Shown here in pieces: positions 38,821 to 47,447 of a stretch of DNA of 64,000 nt. A program made the position numbers and the translations under genes. The stretch's first letter is position 1. Each line of letters starts with the position of its first letter. The stretch is from Nitrospirota bacterium (GTDB lineage: Bacteria > Nitrospirota > Thermodesulfovibrionia > Thermodesulfovibrionales > JdFR-88): the NCBI GenBank assembly GCA_021813765.1, contig JAKAJM010000002.1, positions 28,853 through 92,852 of the forward strand, written 5' to 3'. The notes beneath the pieces were generated by a model. It was given only the letters and a program-made list of their open reading frames with translations. It searched no databases and had not been told where the DNA came from.

Positions 38821-39608
38821 TAAAACTTCACGCCAAGGAGGACCAGTCCCCAGTAGAGGATGGGCGCAGAGAAAAGAGGCCCGTCCAGCTTGTCGAGCAT
38901 CCCACCGTGTCCTGGCAGGATGTTGCTTGAATCCTTCACCCCCGCGTCCCTTTTGAACATGGACTCAACCAGGTCTCCGGCTATGGCTGTTGTACCCATG
39001 AGAAGCCCAAGCAGGGCCGATGTCGCTGGCGAGATGCCAAGCGGAAAGACCATGCCCGCGGCAAACCCGGCGGCCGCCCCGCCGATGACAGACGCTATTG
39101 CCCCTTCAACCGTTTTGTTCGGGCTTACCTCCGGGTACAGTTTTCTTTTTCCCAGGCTGCGTCCGGCGTACAGGGCGGCGCTGTCGCCTATCCATACGGT
39201 GCCGTAAAGGAATATTATCCATTGCGCCCCAAAATCCCTGATGAACATCTGGTAAACGATAAGTCCGGGGATGTAGAGCAGGGCGGTCACCACGGGAGAG
39301 ATGTCCTTCAGGGCCGAAGACGGTCCGGTTTTAAGCAGCCTGGCCGTTACCGCCACAAGCAGGAAAAGCGTATACAGGCCTGCGGGGGCCTGGCCGCTTA
39401 ACGCCGCCGCAGCCAGAAAGAAAAGGCCCAGAGCCATGCCCGCAAGCTTCATCACTCCATGGACGCCGTAAAAATGCAGGAACTCCCAGAGGGCAAGCAT
39501 GCCCATGACGGCGGCCAGGCTGTCAAACCATATTGAGGGGAGTCTGGTAATGTACAGGTAGAAAACGGGGACAAGGACCGCCGCGGTCAGGAGCCTTTTT
39601 GCGTGCAT
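38820..39608 (-). CDS. cdsA: phosphatidate cytidylyltransferase
   Basis: MHAKRLLTAAVLVPV..., a polytopic protein with the C-terminal signature ...SMFKRDAGVKDSSNILPGHGGMLDKLD.... The internal ATG at 39608 overlaps the uppS stop codon. Confidence 0.9.
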   Translation of the reverse strand: MHAKRLLTAAVLVPVFYLYITRLPSIWFDSLAAVMGMLALWEFLHFYGVHGVMKLAGMALGLFFLAAAALSGQAPAGLYTLFLLVAVTARLLKTGPSSALKDISPVVTALLYIPGLIVYQMFIRDFGAQWIIFLYGTVWIGDSAALYAGRSLGKRKLYPEVSPNKTVEGAIASVIGGAAAGFAAGMVFPLGISPATSALLGLLMGTTAIAGDLVESMFKRDAGVKDSSNILPGHGGMLDKLDGPLFSAPILYWGLVLLGVKF

Positions 39609-40321
39609 CAGAGTTTTACGGCCCCGAATCTCCTGTCGCGCACCTGGTAGTCCCGGAGCGCTTCGAGGAGCTCTTCCCTGCCGAATTCGGGCCAGAGGGT
39701 GTCCGTGAAATAAAGCTCCGAATAGGCCGACTGCCAAAGCAGGAAATTGCTTATCCTCTTTTCCCCCGATGTCCTGATGATCAGGTCGGGGTCAGGCATT
39801 CCCCTGGTGTCAAGGAGCTCCGAAAAAGAGCTCTCGCTGATGTCCTGCGGAGCGATGCCGGATTGCAGCGCCTTTTTTACCGCCCTGACAATCTCGTCCC
39901 TCCCGCCGTAGCTTATGGCCGCGGTGAGCACCATGTTCTTGCAGGCGGACGTAAGCGCCTCGGCCTGGGACACGAAGCTGCGGACCCCCTGGGGCAGCCT
40001 GTTTAAATCCCCTGCGGCCTTGAAACTTATGCCTTCCTTCTTGAACTCGTACATCTCCCTGCGCAGGTATATCTCCAGCAGTTTCATTATCATGGCCACT
40101 TCAGTCTTTGGCCTTTGCCAGTTCTCAAGCGAGAACGCATAGAGCGTGAGGGCCTTTATCCCGAACTCCTTGGACGCCTCGATTATCTCTTTTGCGCGCT
40201 CGGCCCCGCGCCTGTGGCCCTCCATCCGGGGCAGCCCCTTCATCTCGGCCCACCTGCCGTTGCCGTCCATGATGATGCCCACATGGGCCGGAAAATTCCC
40301 ATGCGGAGATTCAGGTTTCAT
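39608..40321 (-). CDS. uppS: isoprenyl transferase (undecaprenyl-diphosphate synthase)
   Basis: HVGIIMDGNGRWA...LTLYAFSLENWQRP...DLIIRTSGEKRISNFLLWQSAYSELYF. Confidence 0.95.
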   Translation of the reverse strand: MKPESPHGNFPAHVGIIMDGNGRWAEMKGLPRMEGHRRGAERAKEIIEASKEFGIKALTLYAFSLENWQRPKTEVAMIMKLLEIYLRREMYEFKKEGISFKAAGDLNRLPQGVRSFVSQAEALTSACKNMVLTAAISYGGRDEIVRAVKKALQSGIAPQDISESSFSELLDTRGMPDPDLIIRTSGEKRISNFLLWQSAYSELYFTDTLWPEFGREELLEALRDYQVRDRRFGAVKL

Positions 40322-42090
40322 TCACCCTCCAGCGGGTACATGTAGAGACGGGTCGTAAAAGGAGACTCGCCCTGGAGTATCTTTGCCAGGTTAAGCCCGA
40401 ACACCGGGCTTGCAAGGATCAGAAGCCGGTTGTGCGATGCGGCAAAATCCATGATGGTGCCGCCGATCTTGTCTCCAAGCACAAGCTCCTTCATGGCGGT
40501 CCCGTTCCATCTGAGGACCATTATGCGGGAGCTCTTGTACCCGAGGCCCCTGACCATGCTGATGATGGGTTTTCTGCTTATGAGAAGGGCGTCGCGGCCC
40601 ATGACCTTTATATTGTCCTTGATATACCAGTGGCCGCCTTCGACCGCCAGGCTGTCGCTCTTTTTCTTGAAGCTTTGGGGGAATCCCCCGAAGCTGCCGG
40701 TGCTTTTCCAGACCGCAAGGCCGTCCTTGTTATAGACGCTTACGAAGCCGCGGTTGTTATAGGCTATCGTGAAGGTCTGGCCTCCGTACCGCATCAGGGA
40801 GAAATCGAATATGTCCACTCCTGCCGGCAAGGCGAGTTTGCCGCCCCAGACAATACGGCCCGGCTCCAGCTTCACACTGTGCACGCCGCCCTCGAAACCC
40901 TGCTTCATGGTGGCCTTCTGCGCGTACAGTTTGCCGCCGATCTCCCTCAGGAAGAAAGGGCCTTTCCAGAGCCTGCGGAACACGCCCCCCTGGAAGTCGT
41001 ATATCGAGGAAAATATGCTGCCGTCCCTTTCCACGGCGACGATTATCTGGTCCTTCCCCTGGCCGGTCACGTCAGCGGCCTGCACCCTGAGGAACCGGTC
41101 CGCGCTTTTCCCCTTTATCTCCGCGCCCTCAAGAGCGGGGGCCAGAAGGGAGTTGCTCATGTTGTAAAAGGATATGTCATTGCCAGAGGAGATGGCCAGG
41201 GTCTGCTTGCCTTTCCCGAGCACATCGGCCAGGCAGATCATGCGCGCTCCGAAAGGTACGCTGAACATGATCAGAGTGTCGTTTTTGGGAGCGAAGAGCT
41301 TGTCCCCGAGGCTAAGGTAGTTAAGGTCTTTTTTCCCTATGTCAACGCGGCAGACCAATGCCTGCTCGGAACCGGATGTCCAGATGAGTTTCTCTGTTAG
41401 CATCGTATTGCCTCCCTGGACTCCCTGCGACAGGATGAGGACCGCGTCGGCCTTTAGCCGTTTGCCTTCGGCAATGGCGTCTTTTTCATCATCCAGGGGG
41501 CTGGACAGCAGGTCGAACCTGTTTGTCCTTCTGAGGATATCGTAATACTGCTGGGAAAGCCCCCAGCTCACGTTCTTGAGCTGATAGAAAAGGAGCCTGA
41601 CCTTTGCCGTGGATATCCGGACGATGTCGCCGGGGGCCGCCTGGCCATTAACCAGCTTTAATTCCATCTGGCTGCCGGGCTTGCCTGGTATCGTCTTTGT
41701 CGCCTGCGCAGTCCCTGTCAGCACCTGGACCCTCCAGAGCGGTTTGCCGGTGACCGGATGATAAAATTCAGCGCCTTTTTTAAACACGCTGAAGCGCATG
41801 CCCGCCACGGCCGGGGCTGAGGAATTGATGATGGCCGCGGTGAGTATTCCGTCCTTGACCGACAGGACATCGCCGCTCATGGGGGTGAAAAAAGAGACGA
41901 GCGAGTCCCTCAGCGAGTCCAGGGAAGAGGTTTTTTTGTTTTGTTCCGTTGGCGCATTGTACAAGCCTGCTTGCCAGGCCGGCGACGTGGCCGCCCAGGC
42001 GAATCCTCCGGAGGCCGGCGCCAGCAGGAGGAGCGCTGAAATGGCGGCCAGAAGGATGAAGTCGGACGTCTTTTTGAGTCTGTTTGGCAC
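40318..42090 (-). CDS. large exported protein, beta-rich, FG-GAP/VCBS-like segments; function unknown
   Basis: A signal peptide (FILLAAISALLLLAPASGGFAWA) is followed by repeated ...D(V/L)xGxGKxxxxx... segments (ADVTGQGKDQIIVAV, ADVLGKGKQTLAIS). The stop codon overlaps the uppS ATG (ATGA). Confidence 0.7.
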   Translation of the reverse strand: MPNRLKKTSDFILLAAISALLLLAPASGGFAWAATSPAWQAGLYNAPTEQNKKTSSLDSLRDSLVSFFTPMSGDVLSVKDGILTAAIINSSAPAVAGMRFSVFKKGAEFYHPVTGKPLWRVQVLTGTAQATKTIPGKPGSQMELKLVNGQAAPGDIVRISTAKVRLLFYQLKNVSWGLSQQYYDILRRTNRFDLLSSPLDDEKDAIAEGKRLKADAVLILSQGVQGGNTMLTEKLIWTSGSEQALVCRVDIGKKDLNYLSLGDKLFAPKNDTLIMFSVPFGARMICLADVLGKGKQTLAISSGNDISFYNMSNSLLAPALEGAEIKGKSADRFLRVQAADVTGQGKDQIIVAVERDGSIFSSIYDFQGGVFRRLWKGPFFLREIGGKLYAQKATMKQGFEGGVHSVKLEPGRIVWGGKLALPAGVDIFDFSLMRYGGQTFTIAYNNRGFVSVYNKDGLAVWKSTGSFGGFPQSFKKKSDSLAVEGGHWYIKDNIKVMGRDALLISRKPIISMVRGLGYKSSRIMVLRWNGTAMKELVLGDKIGGTIMDFAASHNRLLILASPVFGLNLAKILQGESPFTTRLYMYPLEGE

Positions 42091-42196
42091 GGCTTAAAAC
42101 CTCCGCAATGTAATGGAAAATTATAACACAGGAGTTTTTGTTTGTTTGTTTTTGGTTTGTTCATGCGCGCATGGGAGGCTGCTTCCTTGCCCGGAC

Positions 42197-43171
42197 CTAG
42201 AAATTCACCCCGACCCCGGCATCCGCGCCGTAGACGTCTGTCCTGCTGTCCGGCTCATGGGCAATAAGCGGAGAGCCATTTGGCGTCAGCACAGGGGAGC
42301 CGTTCCGGGTCAGCCTCACCGGCCCGCTGCCCCCGACCGGCCAGAACTGGTAATAGGGGGTCAGGAAAAGCAATATCCTGGCTGGTCTTAAAATGCCGAT
42401 CTCGTAAGTAAAAGGCAGCCGTGCCCCGAACCCGGCCCTTTGTTTAAGATCGAAGTCAGCCTGGTCGAACATCCCTGCCACGTTGGTCGTCATCTTCATG
42501 TCAAACGGGATGTGCGCGGCAACGTCGAGGCCGGCGGTCAGGCGGCCCGTCCTCCATACGTAGTTGAAGCCGGCGGAAGCGAAATACCAGGTGTATTTTT
42601 CAATATAGTCTGGCAGCGCGTCGACTCCCCTCCACCATATCCTGTAGCCGATACCGGCATAGGGAGTGAGTGTGCTGGTCCCGGCATTTAGGAGCTTCAA
42701 ACCCAGGTCGCCTTCATAAAGGTATATTTTTTCGTGCGTGGAGGACTTGTATGGGGTCATCTGTCCCTCAAGGTCCTGGATCGCCCCGTCGTAGGAGGCG
42801 TTGCGGGTCCAGTAAAAATCTGCGGTGAACCTGGTCCAGACGTACCTGTTCTCAAGCCTGGCCAGCGTGTGCACGCTGTTTAGGTAGCCGTAGTCGCGGT
42901 CCAGAGTGCCGCCGTTTTCCTGTTCCTTGTAAGCCAGATAGCCGGCGTCGTATCCGCCCATCAATGTAAGACCGCGGTTGCCGGAGCCGGGGTTTTTGCC
43001 GGGCGGGCCGAAAGAGAATGGGACGGCCAAGGCATGGCCCGCTGAAAATAAAAAAAACAGGAGGGGCAGGAGCGCTGCAGAAAAAGCCAAAGCGCGGACC
43101 GGACGTCCTCCGGACGTCCGCCTGGTTTTTTTACGGGGAAAACCGTTTAGCTTCTGGGCATGCATAAGCAC
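42197..43171 (-). CDS. outer-membrane beta-barrel protein (predicted)
   Basis: A signal peptide (...LLFFLFSAGHALA), alternating aromatic/hydrophobic beta-strand pattern, and a C-terminal ...GVGVNF ending in Phe. Confidence 0.65.
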   Translation of the reverse strand: MLMHAQKLNGFPRKKTRRTSGGRPVRALAFSAALLPLLFFLFSAGHALAVPFSFGPPGKNPGSGNRGLTLMGGYDAGYLAYKEQENGGTLDRDYGYLNSVHTLARLENRYVWTRFTADFYWTRNASYDGAIQDLEGQMTPYKSSTHEKIYLYEGDLGLKLLNAGTSTLTPYAGIGYRIWWRGVDALPDYIEKYTWYFASAGFNYVWRTGRLTAGLDVAAHIPFDMKMTTNVAGMFDQADFDLKQRAGFGARLPFTYEIGILRPARILLFLTPYYQFWPVGGSGPVRLTRNGSPVLTPNGSPLIAHEPDSRTDVYGADAGVGVNF

Positions 43172-43318
43172 GAGAAAAAGATGTTAAGGGGCACGCCTCC
43201 AATTGTCAAGGAAATTCATGTGACGGCGGTTTGACAGCGGTTTTGATTGTATAGTATCCTGAATGGAAAATATCTGACCCGAAAGAAGGTATATCTCCGT
43301 TTGTTCGGTACACAGGTG

Positions 43319-44737
43319 ATGGTGATCCTTCCAGAGGCGATACTAGCCGTATCCGCCATGGCCATACTGCTGCTGGACCTGGTCATTAAAAGAAAATCAG
43401 TTTTTGCAGTGTTGACCTGCGCTGCCGCGGCCGGCGCGTTTTGTGTTTTGGCCCTTGCCGGCGCCCAGGGGTCCGCATGGGGCGGCATGTTCGTGTCTGA
43501 CGGGTATGCCCTTTTCTTCAAGTTCATTTTCCTTACAGGCCTTGTGCTGCCGGCCATCTCCTCCACGGGTTACCTTTCGACGGAGCGGGCAAACCATGGA
43601 GAATACTATGCCCTGATGCTCTTCGCCACGGCCGGGATGATGGTGATGGCCTCTGCTGGCGACCTGATAACCGTCTACCTGGGGCTTGAGCTGATGTCCC
43701 TTTCCCTGTACGTCCTGGCCGGCTTCCTGCGCGGCAGCCAGCGCTCCAATGAGGCGGCCCTGAAATACTTCCTGCTTGGCTCGTTCGCTTCGGCCCTCCT
43801 CCTTTTTGGCATCTCCCTGACTTACGGGCTCACCGGCTCGACGGAGATAGGCGCGGTGGCCTCGTTCATAACGGCCCATGGGCTTTCCGGAAGCCCGGCG
43901 CTGGCTTTCGCCACCATATTGTATGTGGCGGCCTTCGGATTCAAGATAGCGGCGGTGCCTTTCCATATGTGGGCCCCGGACGTATATGAGGGATCTCCCA
44001 CACCCGTCACCGCATTCATGTCCGTGGGGCCAAAGGCTGCGGGGTTCGCCGTCATCGGCAGGGTGCTGATGCTGGCCATGGGGCAAATGAGCTTCGAGTG
44101 GACGGGCCTTATAATAGCCCTTTCCATCCTGAGCATGGTGGCTGGCAACATCCTGGCCATAGCCCAGACTAACATCAAAAGGATGCTCGCATACTCCTCC
44201 ATTGCCCACGCGGGCTATGTGCTTCTTGGCATAGCGGCTGGAGGCACGGAGGGGCTTGCAAGCGCCATGAGCTACCTGTTCATATACGCCTTCATGAACA
44301 TAGGTGCTTTCACCGTGGTTACCCTGCTTACCAGCGAAGGCGTCAAGGCCGAGGACCTGGAGGATTATTCCGGGCTTTCAAAGACGCATCCGCTGCTTGC
44401 GGCCCTGATGCTGATATTCATGTTCTCCCTCACCGGCATCCCGCCGACCGCAGGTTTCGCAGGGAAGTTTTTCCTGTTCAGCACGGTCATCAAGGCGGGC
44501 TACCTGTGGCTTGCCGTGGTAGCCGTGTTGATGAGCGTTGTGTCCGCCTACTTCTACCTGAGGGTAATAATGTATATGTACATGAGGGAACCCGCGGGAG
44601 CGGAGCTGCGTATGGACCGCTCTGTCGGGGCGAGGCTTGCCCTGGGGATAACGGCATGTGCCGTCCTCGCTCTTGGCCTTATGCCCGCCGGTCTCATAGA
44701 CCTGGCCCGCTCAGCCGCTCTAAATTTCAAAGTATAA
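43319..44737 (+). CDS. nuoN: NADH-quinone oxidoreductase subunit N-type antiporter-like protein
   Basis: ...LPEAILAVSAMAILLLDL...GLELMSLSLYVLAG...FHMWAPDVYEGSPTPVTAF...KRMLAYSSIAHAGY.... The start is GTG 43316 or ATG 43319. Confidence 0.85.
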   Translation: MVILPEAILAVSAMAILLLDLVIKRKSVFAVLTCAAAAGAFCVLALAGAQGSAWGGMFVSDGYALFFKFIFLTGLVLPAISSTGYLSTERANHGEYYALMLFATAGMMVMASAGDLITVYLGLELMSLSLYVLAGFLRGSQRSNEAALKYFLLGSFASALLLFGISLTYGLTGSTEIGAVASFITAHGLSGSPALAFATILYVAAFGFKIAAVPFHMWAPDVYEGSPTPVTAFMSVGPKAAGFAVIGRVLMLAMGQMSFEWTGLIIALSILSMVAGNILAIAQTNIKRMLAYSSIAHAGYVLLGIAAGGTEGLASAMSYLFIYAFMNIGAFTVVTLLTSEGVKAEDLEDYSGLSKTHPLLAALMLIFMFSLTGIPPTAGFAGKFFLFSTVIKAGYLWLAVVAVLMSVVSAYFYLRVIMYMYMREPAGAELRMDRSVGARLALGITACAVLALGLMPAGLIDLARSAALNFKV

Positions 44738-44751
44738 AAGACGGAAGGCCT

Positions 44752-46503
44752 CTAAAGAGAGGTAAAATGGCTCTGGGACCCGGTCCGTGGCAGCGGTATC
44801 TTTGAAAGCACTTCCTGCGGGGTGGTTATGCCCTCCGCCACTTTGGAGACGGCCCCGTCCATAAGCGTTTTCAGCCCGCCATGCCTTGCGGTCTCAAACA
44901 TGGCGTCTTCGTGTCTGCTTTCCGAGATGAGCATCTTCATGGCCGGTCCTATTTCCAGGTATTCATATACGCCGATCTGCCCATAGTACCCCGTGTTGTA
45001 GCAGACCGGGCAGCCCTCCCCCCTGTAGAACTGTTTTATCCCCTCAAACAGGCCTTTGCCGGCGCCGGCAGCGGGCTCGGCCGTGGTCTTGCAGTTTTCG
45101 CATATTTTCCGCAAGAGTCTCTGTGCGAGCACTCCGCTTAAGGCAGAGCTTATGAAATAGGGCGGCAGGCCCATGTCCGTAAGTCTCGCTATGGTCGAAA
45201 CGGTATCGTTTGTGTGCAGGGTGCTCAGGACCAGATGGCCGGTAAGGGCAGACCGGACCGCGATCTCTGCGGTCTCCAAGTCCCTTATCTCTCCGACCAT
45301 TATAATGTCCGGGTCCTGCCGCAGTATGCTTCTTAAGGCATTTGCGAATGTGAGGCCTACGGACTCGTTCACCATGACCTGCGTGAGATTTTCTATTTTG
45401 TATTCCACCGGGTCTTCGATGGTGACAATGTTTTCCGAATCGGAGCGTATGCGGTTGAGTATGGAGTACAAGGTAGTGGTTTTTCCGCTCCCGGTGGGCC
45501 CTGTTACAAGCAGCATGCCCTGTGGCTGCGAAAGCAGCCTCATCAGGCTGCCGTGCGCGTATTCGGGAAGGCCCAGGTCTTCCAGGCGTTTTGAGCCCAT
45601 ATCGCGGCTCAGCACCCTTATGACGATCTTCTCTCCATGGATGGAGGGCAGCACGGACACCCTGAGGTCTATGCTTGAACCCTCTACCTTAAGGCAGGCG
45701 CTTCCGTCCTGCGGAGTCCTTTTTTTTGTAATGTTCAGGTTGGCCAGTATTTTTATCCTGGATATCACATGATTTTTTATCTGGGTAGGGAAGGTGAGGG
45801 CCTCCCTGAGGCTCCCATCCACCCGGTACCTGACCCTGACGTCCTTTTCGCGGGGCTCGATATGGATGTCGCTGGCCCGGGACCTGATGGCCGATGAAAG
45901 TATCCGGGTGACGAGTTTTACGATTGGCGGGTCGTCGCTTCCGCTAAAGAGTTCCCGGGAGTCTTTTTCATCCTCCGGGGCTTCCTGCACGTATTCTATA
46001 TAGTCTGTGTCCTGCAACTCCTGCAAAACGTCCATCACGTTTTCGGCGCTCCCGTAGAACTTATCGATCGATTCCAGGAGCGCGGACTCCCCGGCCACCA
46101 GCGGTACGACGGACGTCCTGCCGGTCATGAACGAGATCTCGTTTATGGTCTGGAAATCCAGGGGGTTTGTCATGGCCAGATACAGCTTTCTGTCTTCAAC
46201 GCAGACTGGAAGGACGCCTTTTTTAAGCGCAAGGTCTTTAGGTATAAGGTCCTTTAGGGCATCGTTGGCCTGGATCTTTTCGCCGCGGAAGACATGCAGG
46301 GAAAGCTGGATCGAAAGGGCCTCCACTATTTGCTGCTCGGCAGCGTAGCCCAGGTCTATCAGAACCTGCCCAAGTCTCTGCCTGGTTTCCTTCTGGAGCG
46401 AAAGCGCATACGCCAGCTGCAGTTCGTCGATCACTTTTGCATCGACCAGAAGCTCACCGAATTTTTTTCTGCCTGCTTTCATGTTCGTTTTTGTTCCACC
46501 CAT
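44752..46503 (-). CDS. GspE/PilB-family secretion ATPase with N-terminal MshEN-like domain
   Basis: Walker A (GPTGSGKTT), Asp box, Walker B (IMVGEIRD), His box (GHLVLSTLHTN) and a tetracysteine motif (CxxC...CxxC). The N-terminus carries two 24-residue RLGxxL-type motifs. Confidence 0.9.
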   Translation of the reverse strand: MGGTKTNMKAGRKKFGELLVDAKVIDELQLAYALSLQKETRQRLGQVLIDLGYAAEQQIVEALSIQLSLHVFRGEKIQANDALKDLIPKDLALKKGVLPVCVEDRKLYLAMTNPLDFQTINEISFMTGRTSVVPLVAGESALLESIDKFYGSAENVMDVLQELQDTDYIEYVQEAPEDEKDSRELFSGSDDPPIVKLVTRILSSAIRSRASDIHIEPREKDVRVRYRVDGSLREALTFPTQIKNHVISRIKILANLNITKKRTPQDGSACLKVEGSSIDLRVSVLPSIHGEKIVIRVLSRDMGSKRLEDLGLPEYAHGSLMRLLSQPQGMLLVTGPTGSGKTTTLYSILNRIRSDSENIVTIEDPVEYKIENLTQVMVNESVGLTFANALRSILRQDPDIIMVGEIRDLETAEIAVRSALTGHLVLSTLHTNDTVSTIARLTDMGLPPYFISSALSGVLAQRLLRKICENCKTTAEPAAGAGKGLFEGIKQFYRGEGCPVCYNTGYYGQIGVYEYLEIGPAMKMLISESRHEDAMFETARHGGLKTLMDGAVSKVAEGITTPQEVLSKIPLPRTGSQSHFTSL

Positions 46504-46545
46504 CCGTAATTTTGAAAAAAGAAATGCTGCTCTGAAAAAACATAT

Positions 46546-46687
46546 CTAGCGTAGTGTGTCGTAAATTCCTTTACATTAGAAAGCTCGAAGAAACACGTTT
46601 TTTTCGTCATTCCCGATTACCACATGCGGGAATGACAGCCAAAATACTCGAACAAATGTAAAGAAGCGTTAGACGCACTACACTAGC
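46546..46687. repeat. MITE-like element (locus C), 142 bp
   Basis: The imperfect terminal inverted repeats are CTAGCGTAGTGTGTCGTAAATTCCTTTACAT (46546-46576) and ATGTAAAGAAGCGTTAGACGCACTACACTAGC (46656-46687). They flank the palindrome GTCATTCCCGATTACCACATGCGGGAATGAC (46606-46636). No ORF is present. Confidence 0.75.
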
Positions 46688-46812
46688 GGAGAAATTCCCC
46701 ATGCCTTTCACTGGCATGGAAGTTCCCATTTTTTAAAATCGTAACGGAGGCGGCAAAACTTTAGAAGCGGCGGACTGCCGCCCAGGCCGCCGGCAATTCT
46801 CGGAGGGGCTTC

Positions 46813-47082
46813 CTACTCGAACAGGCCCGAAAGGGCCTGGGTTTTTTCGGTGAGCCGCATGGCCATTTCTTTCTGCTCTTTTTTCAGTTTGTGGAACTCT
46901 CCCGCGATGTTCAGGGCGGCAAGGATCGCGGCGTTCAGAGGAGCTATGCTGGGGGACTTGTCAAGCACTTCCTTGATCTTTGCGTCCACATAAGAGGCCA
47001 GCTCCTTCATCTCTTTTTCGGACGCGTCTCCCCGTATGGTATATTTCTGCCCCAGGATTCGGATTTCGGCCTTGGTCTGCAA
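46813..47082 (-). CDS. zapA: cell division protein ZapA
   Basis: ...IRILGQKYTIRGDASEKEMKELASYVDAKIKEV...LNAAILAALNIA... Confidence 0.85.
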   Translation of the reverse strand: MQTKAEIRILGQKYTIRGDASEKEMKELASYVDAKIKEVLDKSPSIAPLNAAILAALNIAGEFHKLKKEQKEMAMRLTEKTQALSGLFE

Positions 47083-47134
47083 TTTTTTATCTTCTTCTCT
47101 TAACCGAGCGGGTTACAGGTCAGATCGTTTTTCC

Positions 47135-47434
47135 TCAGGGTTCAAGGTTCTGAAGTTCGTTCAAAAGCCCTTCGATCTGTTCCCTTATGCTGTTTTTCTC
47201 TCCGGTTATGCGCTGGAGCTCCTCGTTTTTTTGGTCTACCATGGACTCCAGCTCGGCAACCCTTTTTTCGAGGGACGTCTTGGCGTCCCTTAGGAGCCTT
47301 ATCTTTTCGATGGCGCCGGATATCTGTGTTTCAAGGTTTTTAAGAGTTTCCAACTCCTTAGCCTCCTTGCCGTTTTCAGGCGATTTTAATTCCCGCCCCG
47401 CACTGGGGCTGAATAAGTTCTGTTCTTCAGACAT
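47135..47434 (-). CDS. coiled-coil protein (ZapB-like)
   Basis: The ATG at 47434 (MSEEQNL...) avoids overlap with slt. The protein is heptad-rich (LETLKNLETQISGAIEKIRLLRD...) and lies immediately upstream of zapA. Confidence 0.6.
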   Translation of the reverse strand: MSEEQNLFSPSAGRELKSPENGKEAKELETLKNLETQISGAIEKIRLLRDAKTSLEKRVAELESMVDQKNEELQRITGEKNSIREQIEGLLNELQNLEP

Positions 47435-47447
47435 GTGCCGTTTCCGT

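Noticed and set aside
46504-46812. 6S RNA (ssrS) downstream of zapA, as in E. coli and many proteobacteria.
   Set aside because: The gap is largely filled by the 142-bp MITE-like element and a short hairpin (CCATGCC/GGCATGG). I could not build the long, imperfect closing helix with a central bubble that characterises 6S RNA. A covariance-model scan is needed to be certain.
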